In this document: positions 29,833-39,643 of the stretch, one piece after another | How the letters are laid out: each line of letters opens with the position of its first letter | Numbering within the stretch: position 1 is the stretch's first letter | NCBI GenBank assembly: GCA_050012255.1 | Contig: JBEKHN010000013.1 | Location: forward strand, 1 to 64,000 | DNA length: 64,000 bases | Direction of reading: 5' to 3' | Source: Candidatus Bathyarchaeia archaeon | GTDB taxonomy: Archaea; Thermoproteota; Bathyarchaeia; Bathyarchaeales; Bathycorpusculaceae | Notes under the pieces: generated by a model | What the model saw: the letters and a program-made list of their open reading frames with translations, nothing else | Databases searched by the model: none | Told to the model about the DNA's origin: nothing | Program-made: the position numbers and the translations under genes

Positions 29833-30426
29833 ATGACTGAGAGAAAAGGAAACCTAGAAGAAGAATTGAAACCATTCAAGGACCTGATTCCGAGCGACGT
29901 AGAGAAAGAACTGAAAAAGGCGATAAAAGAGAATGACGGAGACAAAATCAAGACTTTACTTGAAGAAAAAATCAACCCCATACTTGACAGCTACACAGCG
30001 AAAATCAAAAACCCTGACCTCAATGAGGGAGAGCAAACCTTATGGGTTCACGAAGTCACGAGAGGAATTTTTCACAAAGAGACAGTTGAAAAATGGATCA
30101 TTACAAACTTGAGAGCGCTGAAGTACTATCCAGTGACTAAGGAAAACCCGACACAGCGTTTAGACTCCGTCGGCCTGGCCGTCTGTGAACCAATAATCAT
30201 GAATCAGCATAGGGTCTCCAAGGGACAGCGAGTTGGCAACTTCACAGGAGTGTCCAGCGGCGTTTTTGCAGGTACAAGCGTAGGCTCAAGCACAAGTACA
30301 AGCACAACTTACGGAGATTTGGTTTTCTTTGTCAAGGGCACAGAAAAGCTTCGGTTTCTATGTATCAGTGATCCCCATGGCGTTCAACATATGATTCAAA
30401 CTATCAAGAAGCAAAGCAAACGTTAA
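29833..30426 (+). CDS. Hypothetical protein (PH-like C-terminal pattern)
   Basis: Clean ORF with SD-like GAGGTG; ITNLR..YGDLVF..ISDP pattern. Confidence 0.65.
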   Translation: MTERKGNLEEELKPFKDLIPSDVEKELKKAIKENDGDKIKTLLEEKINPILDSYTAKIKNPDLNEGEQTLWVHEVTRGIFHKETVEKWIITNLRALKYYPVTKENPTQRLDSVGLAVCEPIIMNQHRVSKGQRVGNFTGVSSGVFAGTSVGSSTSTSTTYGDLVFFVKGTEKLRFLCISDPHGVQHMIQTIKKQSKR

Positions 30427-30629
30427 GCCTCGACCCTGACCTTTCCCGCTTTGATTTCTTGCGGCAGTTCTTTCAGCGTTTCCAAATCCTCGCCGCTGAT
30501 GTCAAATTTTCCCGTTTCAGCAGGGTTGGTCCACCGCGGGCATGAAACTTGCGTTTCCGAACTGTGCATGCCAGGTACTGGTGCGTTATTGGACATGGAA
30601 TTTTCCTTAACCTTTTAACGAAAAGTCTA

Positions 30630-30911
30630 CTAGACTGGCTTCATTGACGATTCCTTTGGTTTAACTATCAACTCTTTGGGAATATCAACAGCCCTAACGA
30701 TGTTCTGGGAGTTTATCATATAAATAGGCGTTCCGTCAGGGTTGTGTTTCTTGAGTTTCTTGATTCCGAGAAGAATCAGTTTCACCTTTAGAGTCGATCC
30801 ATCCTTGAGTCTATACACATTCCAGTGTTCCTCTTTTTCTTCAAAGTCTACATCCTGACCTTCAGCCAAGTCTTGAGGCGTTATTGGTGGAGTTGCCATA
30901 AAACCACTCAC
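30630..30911 (-). CDS. Small uncharacterised protein (WNxYxL domain, single copy)
   Basis: EHWNVYRLKDGSTLKVKLIL..NPDGTPIY, homologous to both halves of 32063-32563. Confidence 0.75.
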   Translation of the reverse strand: MSGFMATPPITPQDLAEGQDVDFEEKEEHWNVYRLKDGSTLKVKLILLGIKKLKKHNPDGTPIYMINSQNIVRAVDIPKELIVKPKESSMKPV

Positions 30912-30997
30912 TTCGTTTAATGAACATGAGAATCTAGTTGTTCTTAAGACTTCTGGACAATCTCAGAGGCTCAAAAGGCTGCAACTGGCATTGGCTT

Positions 30998-31375
30998 TCA
31001 ATGTACTAATCCTTCAATGAACTTCGCTACTGCTGGCAAATCTTTGTTGACCAGATCGTTGGCTTCCTCTTCAGTTGGGTTGTCCTTGACACAACCGTAG
31101 CGAGAATTGACACTTATATCGTAAAGATTGTAATAGACATCAAAAATATCTTGTAATGATTCAGCAACTTCCTTATTCCTGTCTACATGACGCTGAAAAT
31201 GTATACCTAGCTTGGCATAATAAGCATCAACGAAGTGTAGAGCACTGTAGAAAGCAACAACAGCAACCCACTCGGGGCATTGTGCAACTAGTTTCAACAA
31301 GTAATTGAGAAGTATTTCTCTGTTCCTTCGCGCCTTGGCCAAGTTTTCCATCGCGCTCAACGCAAAGACTTTCAA
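30998..31375 (-). CDS. HEPN domain protein
   Basis: WVAVVAFYSALHFVDAY, H..R, SRY. Confidence 0.75.
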   Translation of the reverse strand: MKVFALSAMENLAKARRNREILLNYLLKLVAQCPEWVAVVAFYSALHFVDAYYAKLGIHFQRHVDRNKEVAESLQDIFDVYYNLYDISVNSRYGCVKDNPTEEEANDLVNKDLPAVAKFIEGLVH

Positions 31376-31382
31376 ACTGGGA

Positions 31383-31949
31383 TCACTGAACCTTCCGAAA
31401 TTCGGGAGGAACGACTTGCCTAGTTAGACGGCCTCTCCGCTTAACTATGTGTAGATCGAACAACAGTTCTGAATTGTTGCGCATTAATTTTCCTAATGAA
31501 ACATATACTTCGTGTTCTACATCTCGATTGCTTTCTGGAATGACTACCAATATCTCTATTATAAACCCAGGGTCATGGTCTGGATCATTTTCGATGTTAT
31601 AAAAAACATTCTCTATATTAGTTTGCAAATCTGCTGAAAAGGATTCAACAGCTCTTCTCGCAGAAACAAGACAAGAGGTATCAAGCGGGAGTACCTCGAC
31701 ATCTTTAAACTCAAGTGTTGGAAGCAATACAGTTGTCATCCAAGACTCAGTAAAGAGTCCAGAAGTAGGGAACGGGCATTTCTGAGGGACAAACAGATAG
31801 CATTTTCCACTTGAATTATCATAAATCTTGGAATCAGTTATCGTTACCTGCATGCATGTGTAGCTCAAAAGAAGATTTGCTTGATCCAACAAGTAGTCTG
31901 GAGATATTGCCCAAACCTCGGTTTCCTGCCCTTGAAGAACGGTTGACAT
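31383..31949 (-). CDS. Hypothetical protein with degenerate MNT-like C-terminal domain
   Basis: IEILVVI...FDLHIV strands; 7 nt upstream of the HEPN gene. Confidence 0.5.
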   Translation of the reverse strand: MSTVLQGQETEVWAISPDYLLDQANLLLSYTCMQVTITDSKIYDNSSGKCYLFVPQKCPFPTSGLFTESWMTTVLLPTLEFKDVEVLPLDTSCLVSARRAVESFSADLQTNIENVFYNIENDPDHDPGFIIEILVVIPESNRDVEHEVYVSLGKLMRNNSELLFDLHIVKRRGRLTRQVVPPEFRKVQ

Positions 31950-32062
31950 AGTGAATATCCTATGTTACAGACCTACTGATTTAATATTTATTGCTTATTA
32001 ATGAGTATTGTGGGATAGTAACTCAAATAAACCTATATCGAACACAGGAATATTAGAGAAAT

Positions 32063-32563
32063 ATGATTAGAATAGGGGAGTATCTAGGTTTTAAATCCTC
32101 CAAAGAGGACTGGAATCTCTACAAGTTAGAGGATGATGTCTTACTCAAAATGAAGCTTGTTCTGATCAAGGTTATTCTAAGGGAAATAGATGAAAATGGA
32201 AATCCTGGTTACGAGACAAACCATCAGGTCGTAATAGGTATAATCCCTCCCCTCATTGCTCTTGGAAAACCCGCCGACAGGATCTATTCACCAAAGGAGA
32301 TAATGGATTCAATCACTATAAATGATGTGAAGATTGCTGAGGTAATTCATGAAGATTGGAACGAATATTTGCTTGACGACACGGCACGACTAAGTATTAA
32401 ACTTGTTCTGACCCAAGTTAGCAAGACAAACCTATTCGATCAAAAAGGTGAACCAATTTACAACATTCAGCATCAGACTATACTAAAAGGTAATGTACCG
32501 CTAGATCTGAGACACGCTTATCAAAAGCGCTATGAGCAAGTTCTCAAGGGACTACCCCCTTAG
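32063..32563 (+). CDS. Uncharacterised protein with a tandem WNxYxL domain
   Basis: EDWNLYKLEDDVLLKMKLVL..DENGNPGY and EDWNEYLLDDTARLSIKLVL..DQKGEPIY. Confidence 0.8.
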   Translation: MIRIGEYLGFKSSKEDWNLYKLEDDVLLKMKLVLIKVILREIDENGNPGYETNHQVVIGIIPPLIALGKPADRIYSPKEIMDSITINDVKIAEVIHEDWNEYLLDDTARLSIKLVLTQVSKTNLFDQKGEPIYNIQHQTILKGNVPLDLRHAYQKRYEQVLKGLPP

Positions 32564-32990
32564 GATTCAACTTCTCTAAGACTTTGCGTAGTCTTTTCGT
32601 TTTAAGCCATTGAAAGCGTAGCAATAATATTCTGATTCTTGCCAAAGAAATGGCTAGGAGAAAATGAGAGCGACCCCAATCAGCACACCACCCAGACCCC
32701 ACAGACCAAAACCGCACAAGAGAAAATAGAAAAGAAAAGGGAACCACCATGGCGGTACAACAAGCACAATAAGAAAACTTGAAAGCAGAAAACCGATACC
32801 AAGCATAAGCAGGTTGGAACCTATTCCGCCTATTTTGTCTTGCCAAGCTTTGTCCACATTAAGAAGACGCAATGAAATTAGCTCCCAAAAACTTCCTAAG
32901 GGAAGAGATAGCCATGTCCAATAATGTCCAATAATGCACCAGTACCGCATGCCCAAAAGGCTTATTAGCGGATGTATTTCCGTGGTATCC

Positions 32991-34106
32991 ATGGAATCTG
33001 CCAACGTTGTGATTGTAGGGGCAGGCGTCGTAGGTCTGGCTGTTGCCGCCAGCGTTTCTGAGAATAGTGACGGTGTGTACGTTTTTGAAAAGAACGCGCG
33101 GTACGGCCAAGAGACGAGCAGCCACAATAGTGCTGTCATCCATTCGGGCATCCATTATCGTAACAATTCTTTGAAAGCGAAGTTGTGCGTGAAAGGAAAC
33201 ACGATGCTGTATGAACTTTGCGAGAAATATCAGATTCCCTTCAAGAGGCTGGGGAAGTTGACTGTGGCCATTGGGGAAGAAGAGGTTGATGAGCTTGAGA
33301 AGCTGATGAGGATGGGCACAGACAATGGTGTAGAAGGCCTAGAGTTCCTAGACGGAGAAGATGTTAGGAAGTTGGAACCGAACGTTGAGGTTGAGAAGGC
33401 TCTTCTTTCACCGTCAACTGGCATAATCGAGCCAGATGAGTTGATGAATCATTTCTATACGCGCATGCGCAAAAACAACGCGGTCTTGGCAACGGAGACT
33501 GAGCTTCAAAGCTTGAAGAAGGTCGATGATCGTTATGAAGTGGGAGGGGTGAGCATGGGTGAGAAGTTTCACGTCACCGCCAAGACCGTCGTGAACTGTG
33601 CTGGGCTGTATTCCGACAGAGTCGCAGCCATGGCAGGGCTAGACGTGGACAAGATTGGATACAGGCTTTACCCGTGTAAGGGAGACTATTTCAGGGTGGC
33701 TGGAAAACCTCTTGTCAAAATGCTTGTTTATCCAGTTCCGAAGGGGCCCGGCCTAGGCATCCACTTGACGCCTGACCTGGGTGGGTCGATTAGGCTGGGA
33801 CCGAACGCTTACTACGTTGACAAGATTGATTACACTGTCGAGTCTAACGAGAAAGAGTTTCGAGAAGACGTGACAAGGTTTGTGCCGAAGATCCGGGAGT
33901 TTCAGATTCATGAGGATTCTTCTGGGATAAGACCGAAGCTTGAGGGGCCGCAGGACGGTTTTAAGGATTTTGTCATAAGGCACGAGGCTGACCGGGGCCT
34001 TTTCGGTTTCATTAACCTAGTCGGCATAGAGTCCCCAGGTCTCACAGCTGCTCCAGCAATAGGCGAACTTGTCGCTGAAATGATAGAGAGCGAAATCAAG
34101 AAATAG
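32991..34106 (+). CDS. FAD-dependent oxidoreductase (L-2-hydroxyglutarate oxidase-like)
   Basis: GAGVVG, TSSHNSAVIHSG, GIHLT, GIESPGLT; start moved to MESANV. Confidence 0.9.
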   Translation: MESANVVIVGAGVVGLAVAASVSENSDGVYVFEKNARYGQETSSHNSAVIHSGIHYRNNSLKAKLCVKGNTMLYELCEKYQIPFKRLGKLTVAIGEEEVDELEKLMRMGTDNGVEGLEFLDGEDVRKLEPNVEVEKALLSPSTGIIEPDELMNHFYTRMRKNNAVLATETELQSLKKVDDRYEVGGVSMGEKFHVTAKTVVNCAGLYSDRVAAMAGLDVDKIGYRLYPCKGDYFRVAGKPLVKMLVYPVPKGPGLGIHLTPDLGGSIRLGPNAYYVDKIDYTVESNEKEFREDVTRFVPKIREFQIHEDSSGIRPKLEGPQDGFKDFVIRHEADRGLFGFINLVGIESPGLTAAPAIGELVAEMIESEIKK

Positions 34107-34204
34107 GGCCCTGATCCGTACCGACACTGCCAGCACGTTTCGGGAACGTTCGAGGTAGATTTATCTTCTAGAAACTACTTCTATATAATAGTGGGGAGAA
34201 GGGT

Positions 34205-34471
34205 ATGGACCTGACTTTCCCATCTAGAAGAAGAAGCTCTTTGGTTATTTCTATAGCAATTCTCAAGGCTGCAAAGAATGGCATTAGGAAAACGCGTTTG
34301 CTCAGTTCGGTTTCTTTGAGTTATGTACAATCCATCAGGTACGTTGAGTTTCTGAAGGCGCATGGTTTTGTGAAGGAATGTGATGGTTCGTTTCGGACCA
34401 CTGATGAAGGATTGGAGTTGATAGAGGAGTTTGAGTCTTCGTCGTTGATACGCAGTGTTCTAGCCACTTAG
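34205..34471 (+). CDS. Small winged-helix DNA-binding protein
   Basis: RRSS..IL..KTRL....LSY....Y...L...G...TTDEG pattern. Confidence 0.75.
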   Translation: MDLTFPSRRRSSLVISIAILKAAKNGIRKTRLLSSVSLSYVQSIRYVEFLKAHGFVKECDGSFRTTDEGLELIEEFESSSLIRSVLAT

Positions 34472-34580
34472 GGCTGACTTATGGCATTTCGCAAGTTCCC
34501 CTTTTTTCTATGACTTGAGTCTAAAGGAGTTAAACAGTGCTCAAGGAATACGACTGACTAGAAATGGTTCTCTTTAGGCG

Positions 34581-34671
34581 GCGCGCGCAGAGGAGCTTAC
34601 ACGTTTTGCAAATACGTTTTGCATATACACTTTGCATATACAGTTGGCTAGGATTGTTGAAAAGCGCGCGC
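34581..34671. repeat. Element A, short copy 3, bounded by GCGCGCGC on both sides
   Basis: TTTGCATATACAC units followed by GATTGTTGAAAA as in copy 2. Confidence 0.7.
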
Positions 34672-34778
34672 TAAAAATTGAAAACTCTTATGGGCCCGTC
34701 TCTAATCGCCAAACGAAAGTTTACAGGGAGACAAACCAAACAAAGAGTTTACAGAACCTGGTTTTGAACCTTGAATTA

Positions 34779-34857
34779 TGGTGCGGTCGCCGGGATTTGA
34801 ACCCGGGATCGCAAGCTTGGAGGGCTTGCGTCCTAAACCAGACTAGACGACGACCGC
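34779..34857 (-). tRNA. tRNA-Gly(TCC)
   Basis: GCGGTCG acceptor, CAAGC-CCTCCAA-GCTTG, GGTTCAAATCC, encoded CCA. Confidence 0.95.
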
Positions 34858-34906
34858 TCTGTTTTGTGCAGTACATTAGCATGGGTGGGCTAGATAAGAT
34901 TTCTTT

Positions 34907-35572
34907 TCATTCCCTGCCGGGTTTTTCCTCTGGCTTGAACAGTTTTTTCTCATACTTCGGTATCGGCCTGAAACTTCCATGAAGGGCAGGCATGGATGTT
35001 CGCTGCCTTTCGAGATTCCTGATTCGAGCGTACAGCTTCGAAACCCTTGTCTTGGAAGGTATCTTGGATCTGGGAATCTTCACGTGAACCGGGGTGAATG
35101 GTTTCTTGATTTCCGCGAATGCACGTTTCCTTCTGGTCTGCACCTGCTTCACTTTTCTGAATAGAACGCAACCCTCTTTCAGATTGACTTCCCGAACTTC
35201 CCAGCCGGCGTCCAGCCAACCGTGAGCGTGCGGACTGCTCATCGAGTTGTCCCACCATTTCTCGCTGCGGTACGCGCTCATCGGCAAGTTCTCGCCAATT
35301 ATACCATCAATTCGTGCAAAACTAAGCTTGACGCTTTCGGTGAAGGCTCCTCTAAACCGCAGGTAACCCGTAAGACCAACATACTTGGAAACGGTCGTTC
35401 GCGAAACAACTCTTCTTGCACAGTTCAGACAGAACAATCTGGTTGGGTCACCCGTCACGACGTCAGGGACCATGCAGTCCCTACAGTAAAGCCGTCCGCA
35501 CCTCTGGCACCGCCTGAGATAACTTGTTCGAAGCACCCTCTTGCAGATTCCGCACTCGTCCTTAAACGGCAT
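34907..35572 (-). CDS. Zinc-finger hypothetical protein
   Basis: Four N-terminal CxxC pairs, then LSF..I...LP.SA...WW.N...W..AGW domain. Confidence 0.8.
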   Translation of the reverse strand: MPFKDECGICKRVLRTSYLRRCQRCGRLYCRDCMVPDVVTGDPTRLFCLNCARRVVSRTTVSKYVGLTGYLRFRGAFTESVKLSFARIDGIIGENLPMSAYRSEKWWDNSMSSPHAHGWLDAGWEVREVNLKEGCVLFRKVKQVQTRRKRAFAEIKKPFTPVHVKIPRSKIPSKTRVSKLYARIRNLERQRTSMPALHGSFRPIPKYEKKLFKPEEKPGRE

Positions 35573-35969
35573 CTAAGCCTCCCCCATCTACCAGGTGACC
35601 ATACGTGACTAAGGAGAAGCTTTTGATATAAATGGGAGGGCAAGTCCAAACACTTCCAATACAAGAGGCATACGTTGGGTTCAAATTTGCGGAGCGCAAT
35701 GCCACGATACCTTCGTGCATGACTTTGAAGTTATGCACGAAGGCTTAAAGGGTTCAATAAAGTTCAGGTCGGCGTGCTGAAGAGGGCATGCGATATAGAA
35801 AACGCGCGCGTTAGCGAAGATGTTGACGATGTTTCTTTGAGGCGCACGCGCTTTCCACTTTCACTCTACGCTCTCCGTTTTTCGAGAATGTTGTTTTGAC
35901 AAACTGCTTTTAACCTTCGCACCATGTGTTCTTCAATAAAGCTAATCTTGCTTTCACGGAGCGGAACAA

Positions 35970-36143
35970 ATGTCTGATGACTGCTTAACCAAGCCTTGCA
36001 GCGTATGCGGCAATAGCATTCAAGGTGCAAACTACCATTGTCCAATATGCAAGATTTGCATCTGCTTCGGCTGCGGAGTGAAAATGATAAGCAAAGAAAA
36101 CTACCCTCTTAAGTGCCCGAAGTGTGGCGCAAAACTTCAATAA
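35970..36143 (+). CDS. 57-aa Cys-rich zinc-finger micro-protein
   Basis: MSDDCLTKPCSVCGNSIQGANYHCPICKICICFGCGVKMISKENYPLKCPKCGAKLQ*; below the ORF-track cutoff. Confidence 0.7.
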   Translation: MSDDCLTKPCSVCGNSIQGANYHCPICKICICFGCGVKMISKENYPLKCPKCGAKLQ

Positions 36144-36150
36144 CAGCGCG

Positions 36151-38943
36151 CTATGGGTAGTGTTGGTTGAAGTGGCCTGAGAGTATGATGGCGTCATAGA
36201 TGTCCACGGTGCCGTCACTGTTTATGTCTGCGTTGGGGTTCCACTTTGCACTGCCTGGACTGGAGTTGAAGGCGCCAGATAGCAGTATGGCGTCGTAGAT
36301 GTCAACTGTGCCGTCACCGTTGATGTCGCCTGGGATGGTTACGAGCACTTGACCGCCCACAACCGTGTTGTCTACCGTGGTGTTCTCTCCAGGAACAGGG
36401 GCTACGACGGCAACGATGCGATACGTGCCCTTGACGAGAGTGGAAGTGTTGCCAACAATAGGTATGGTTGCGGAGTTTCTCGCCGACAACGTTAGGTTTG
36501 TGAATGAACCTATTACCGTGGTGTTTGCGTAGACGGTTATGTTGAGGGTTTCCTCGTAGTCACCCTGGTTGAAAGCGTCGACGTAGACTGTTGTCGTGAA
36601 GCCTTGCCCGATGAAGTTTTTGGACCATCTGACGCCCAGGGGAGCCACGGCGTGGATGAGAGCCATTTGGCCCATGACTGCGAATTCGCTAAGGTGCCAT
36701 ATCCTGGCCCATACGTATCCAGAATAGTTCTTACCTTCTATGCTTACATTGCCTACCACAAACCCTGTGTCATTCTCCACTATCCAGTCTGTCCCGTTCC
36801 AGTAGAACATGCGCAGAGTGGATTGGTCCACATATGTTGATACGACTTCTTGATCCGTGTAATAAACGCTGATGTTTATGGGAAATGTTATGTTCTCTGG
36901 CGGCACTGTTGTGTCGACAGTTACGCATTTAACGGAATGGACTTCTGTACCCTCTGTAGTTATTCCTTCCAGGTTGATGTCGCAGCTTGCTATAGTAAGA
37001 TTCCCTTCCGAAGTTGTGTTGATAAACACTACAGTGCCAGTTGAGCTAACCGCATCGACTGTATTCTCGCCTGAAGTCAGGGGCCAAGGTGGAATGATTT
37101 CCTTCCATTCTTCATAGAAACGATCAGCGTATGTTGAAAAGAGCGAGTTGCAGTACCAGCCTTGCACCCAATCCCTCATAAACTTGCGCTGTCTAGGCTG
37201 AAAAAGTGGAACTCCGGGGCAGTCTTCCCAATAGAGTTGCTGCAGGTCGTAGTAGATTTCTTGTCTTCTACTTGTGTTTGTTGTGATTATTCCTTCGTCA
37301 ACTAGAGCATCGATTGTCGAGTTCTTGTAGTTTTGAAAATCTGCGAATGTCCCATATTTCTCACTTGACATAAATGCCAATGCGAAATCATGAGGATCTG
37401 CGAAGTCACAAAGCCAGCCCCCGAAAAACAGTGTTAGTTCCTTTGCCTGGAGGAGGTTAAGGTATTCGTCCAAAGTGAAGTTTAGGATGTTGATGTGGAA
37501 CTTGGAGTTGAGACTCTCAACATCGCTTTTGACTATCTCGCATGCCTTCTGCATATAATGGGCCGAATCAGAAAAGTAGCAGATTGTCATGTTGAAACCA
37601 TTGGCCCAGAGCGTCCCATTCCATGCGGTTTGGAACAATGCTGCTGCTTCAGTCAGATTCTGTGCGTATTTCTCTTGGGATGGGTTGTAAAAGGCCAGCT
37701 CAGGGATTATTGGTGTGGCAGGTTGAAAAGCTTCTCCGAGCATGGCCTCATCTATCAGTTGGGTGTAGTTGAAAGCATAGGCAAAACCTCTCCTAACGTT
37801 TATGTCATTAAAGAAGTCTGGAGGGATGCCGCTTTCATTGATAGTTCCTGCTGGTAGCCCACCTAGAACACCTAGGTACGGGCTCGAGGTCGATATGTTA
37901 AACGTGAAAAGCATGGAGTAACACGACAGCTCAGGCAGAGGATACATGCATCTGACGCCTGGTTGTCCCAAGACTTCATTGATCGCTGCTCTTGGCACAT
38001 CCAGCATATCCAGCTCCCCAGCTAGAAACATGTCTCTACTCGCGTTCCAGTCAACTATCTTCTTGAAGGTTACTCTTTCAAGCCAACCTTTCGCGCCGAT
38101 TGCAGGCCAACGTCCCCAATAGCCCTTATAAATGATAATTGAGCATTCGACTCCCGATTTGATATAATCAAGCTTATAGGGCCCTGTTCCACACATGGCG
38201 TTGACATGTGGACCTGGTGGCGCCCTGTTTTGCTTGTTGATCGCCGTCGGTTGCCTGTTGTACGCGGTCCAATTGTCCCATGTTCCTGGCCAGTCTCCTA
38301 ACGCTATGCACCAGTCTTTGTTGACCACAAAACCATAGGCGGCCAGTATTTGCATGAAAGGTGGATAAGGATGAGCCAAGTGAAACGTTACAGTTGTGTC
38401 ATTTCGTGTAATTGCGTTATTAATCTGTGAAGAGTTTACGATGATGTTTCCTTGCGAGTCATGACTGCCAGGCAGCCCAAATAACGCGTCGTAGAAAAGC
38501 CAGGACGCATAACTAAGATTGTCATCTGTAACAAGTATTCTTTTGAAAGAGTATTCAACATCCGCTGTGGTAAGAGGATTCCCGTTCTGAAACGTGACTC
38601 CTTGCCTAATTGTGAACACATAAGTTAACCCGTCAGGACTTATTTGCCAAGAAGTCGCGAGTCCTGGAATGAAGCTGTCGATTTTCTCCCTGTCAAAGAA
38701 TATCAACGTTTCATAGACATTCAGGCACAACTGAAGCAATGGCGTGCCTCGTATAGTGGCAGGATCGACAAGACCAGGTACTCCGTCCCCTCCTATCACC
38801 ATGGAGTCCATATCGGCCACTGCTCGCAGGATGAACAGACTTGAAAGGCACGTCAGCATCAGGGATGCCACGATTAACAGGCAAACAAATCTTGTTCTAG
38901 TAAGTCCGAGCTTGTCTCTATGAACAGAAACAGTTCTTTTCAA
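36151..38943 (-). CDS. Family 5 (peptide/nickel) ABC substrate-binding protein with CARDB-like and dockerin-like C-terminal domains
   Basis: VYETL..LATSW..DG..Y.F.IR.GV.F, GTGPY, paired GDINGDGTVDIYD repeats. Confidence 0.9.
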   Translation of the reverse strand: MKRTVSVHRDKLGLTRTRFVCLLIVASLMLTCLSSLFILRAVADMDSMVIGGDGVPGLVDPATIRGTPLLQLCLNVYETLIFFDREKIDSFIPGLATSWQISPDGLTYVFTIRQGVTFQNGNPLTTADVEYSFKRILVTDDNLSYASWLFYDALFGLPGSHDSQGNIIVNSSQINNAITRNDTTVTFHLAHPYPPFMQILAAYGFVVNKDWCIALGDWPGTWDNWTAYNRQPTAINKQNRAPPGPHVNAMCGTGPYKLDYIKSGVECSIIIYKGYWGRWPAIGAKGWLERVTFKKIVDWNASRDMFLAGELDMLDVPRAAINEVLGQPGVRCMYPLPELSCYSMLFTFNISTSSPYLGVLGGLPAGTINESGIPPDFFNDINVRRGFAYAFNYTQLIDEAMLGEAFQPATPIIPELAFYNPSQEKYAQNLTEAAALFQTAWNGTLWANGFNMTICYFSDSAHYMQKACEIVKSDVESLNSKFHINILNFTLDEYLNLLQAKELTLFFGGWLCDFADPHDFALAFMSSEKYGTFADFQNYKNSTIDALVDEGIITTNTSRRQEIYYDLQQLYWEDCPGVPLFQPRQRKFMRDWVQGWYCNSLFSTYADRFYEEWKEIIPPWPLTSGENTVDAVSSTGTVVFINTTSEGNLTIASCDINLEGITTEGTEVHSVKCVTVDTTVPPENITFPINISVYYTDQEVVSTYVDQSTLRMFYWNGTDWIVENDTGFVVGNVSIEGKNYSGYVWARIWHLSEFAVMGQMALIHAVAPLGVRWSKNFIGQGFTTTVYVDAFNQGDYEETLNITVYANTTVIGSFTNLTLSARNSATIPIVGNTSTLVKGTYRIVAVVAPVPGENTTVDNTVVGGQVLVTIPGDINGDGTVDIYDAILLSGAFNSSPGSAKWNPNADINSDGTVDIYDAIILSGHFNQHYP

Positions 38944-39543
38944 TAGTCATACTTCCTCAACTTGGGGATCGATCAGTTGGTAGATATGATTTGTGGAACT
39001 TTGTTTCAGACTCCTAAGCCTTCGGCTCCCGTCTATGAGCGTCTCACAGTTTAAGTCATCCGAAGATGCTACTAAAATAGAAAAAAGAGAAAATTGCAGG
39101 AGACATCGCCACCGGCCATGGGGTTTGAATCCCACCCCCGCACAGAATTTGCCCCCTGGAGCCTTGCAATACAGGGGCATTGAGAAAAAAGCGGTTCCAC
39201 CGCGCCTACGCTTCGCAACATTAGACAAAATCAGAAGACAGTTCAACCACTATCTACTTATCAATGGCTACGTTGAACGAGTCAGCCGAGGGGGCCATGG
39301 ACCAACTGTGCGACCTCACCCCTGGCACCATTGAAAAATCTTGAACCTTCTTTTGAAAAATAGCTTGGTAAGTTGCACAGAAAACAACAAGCAGGGTACT
39401 TTTCAGCCCTCGCACCACAACCCCCACGTAGGGAGTTCAAAGTCCCTACCTAGGGGTTCTCAAGGTTTTTCCCTACCTACGGTTTTTCAACTTTTCAACG
39501 TGACGCTTTGGTTTTCTGAATCTGGGCCTTTTCCTTTGAGTTT

Positions 39544-39632
39544 GTGCGACGCGTGCGACTCGCTTTTGAGACCTGAAAACCCGACCGGGTCGGTGGAAAA
39601 CGAGGTCTGAAACCGAGTCGTACGCGTCGTGC
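39544..39632 (+). other. Long imperfect hairpin
   Basis: 39544-39562 pairs with 39614-39632 (three G-T wobbles); inner AGACCT/AGGTCT and CCGAC/GTCGG. Confidence 0.7.
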
Positions 39633-39643
39633 ACGATGTTGGC

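Noticed and set aside
32654-33151. 165-aa minus-strand membrane ORF
   Set aside because: Its 5' part overlaps the oxidoreductase; only the last ~65 hydrophobic codons might be a gene fragment, with no clear start.
34632-34982. 116-aa ORF
   Set aside because: Antisense to tRNA-Gly and starts inside repeat A.
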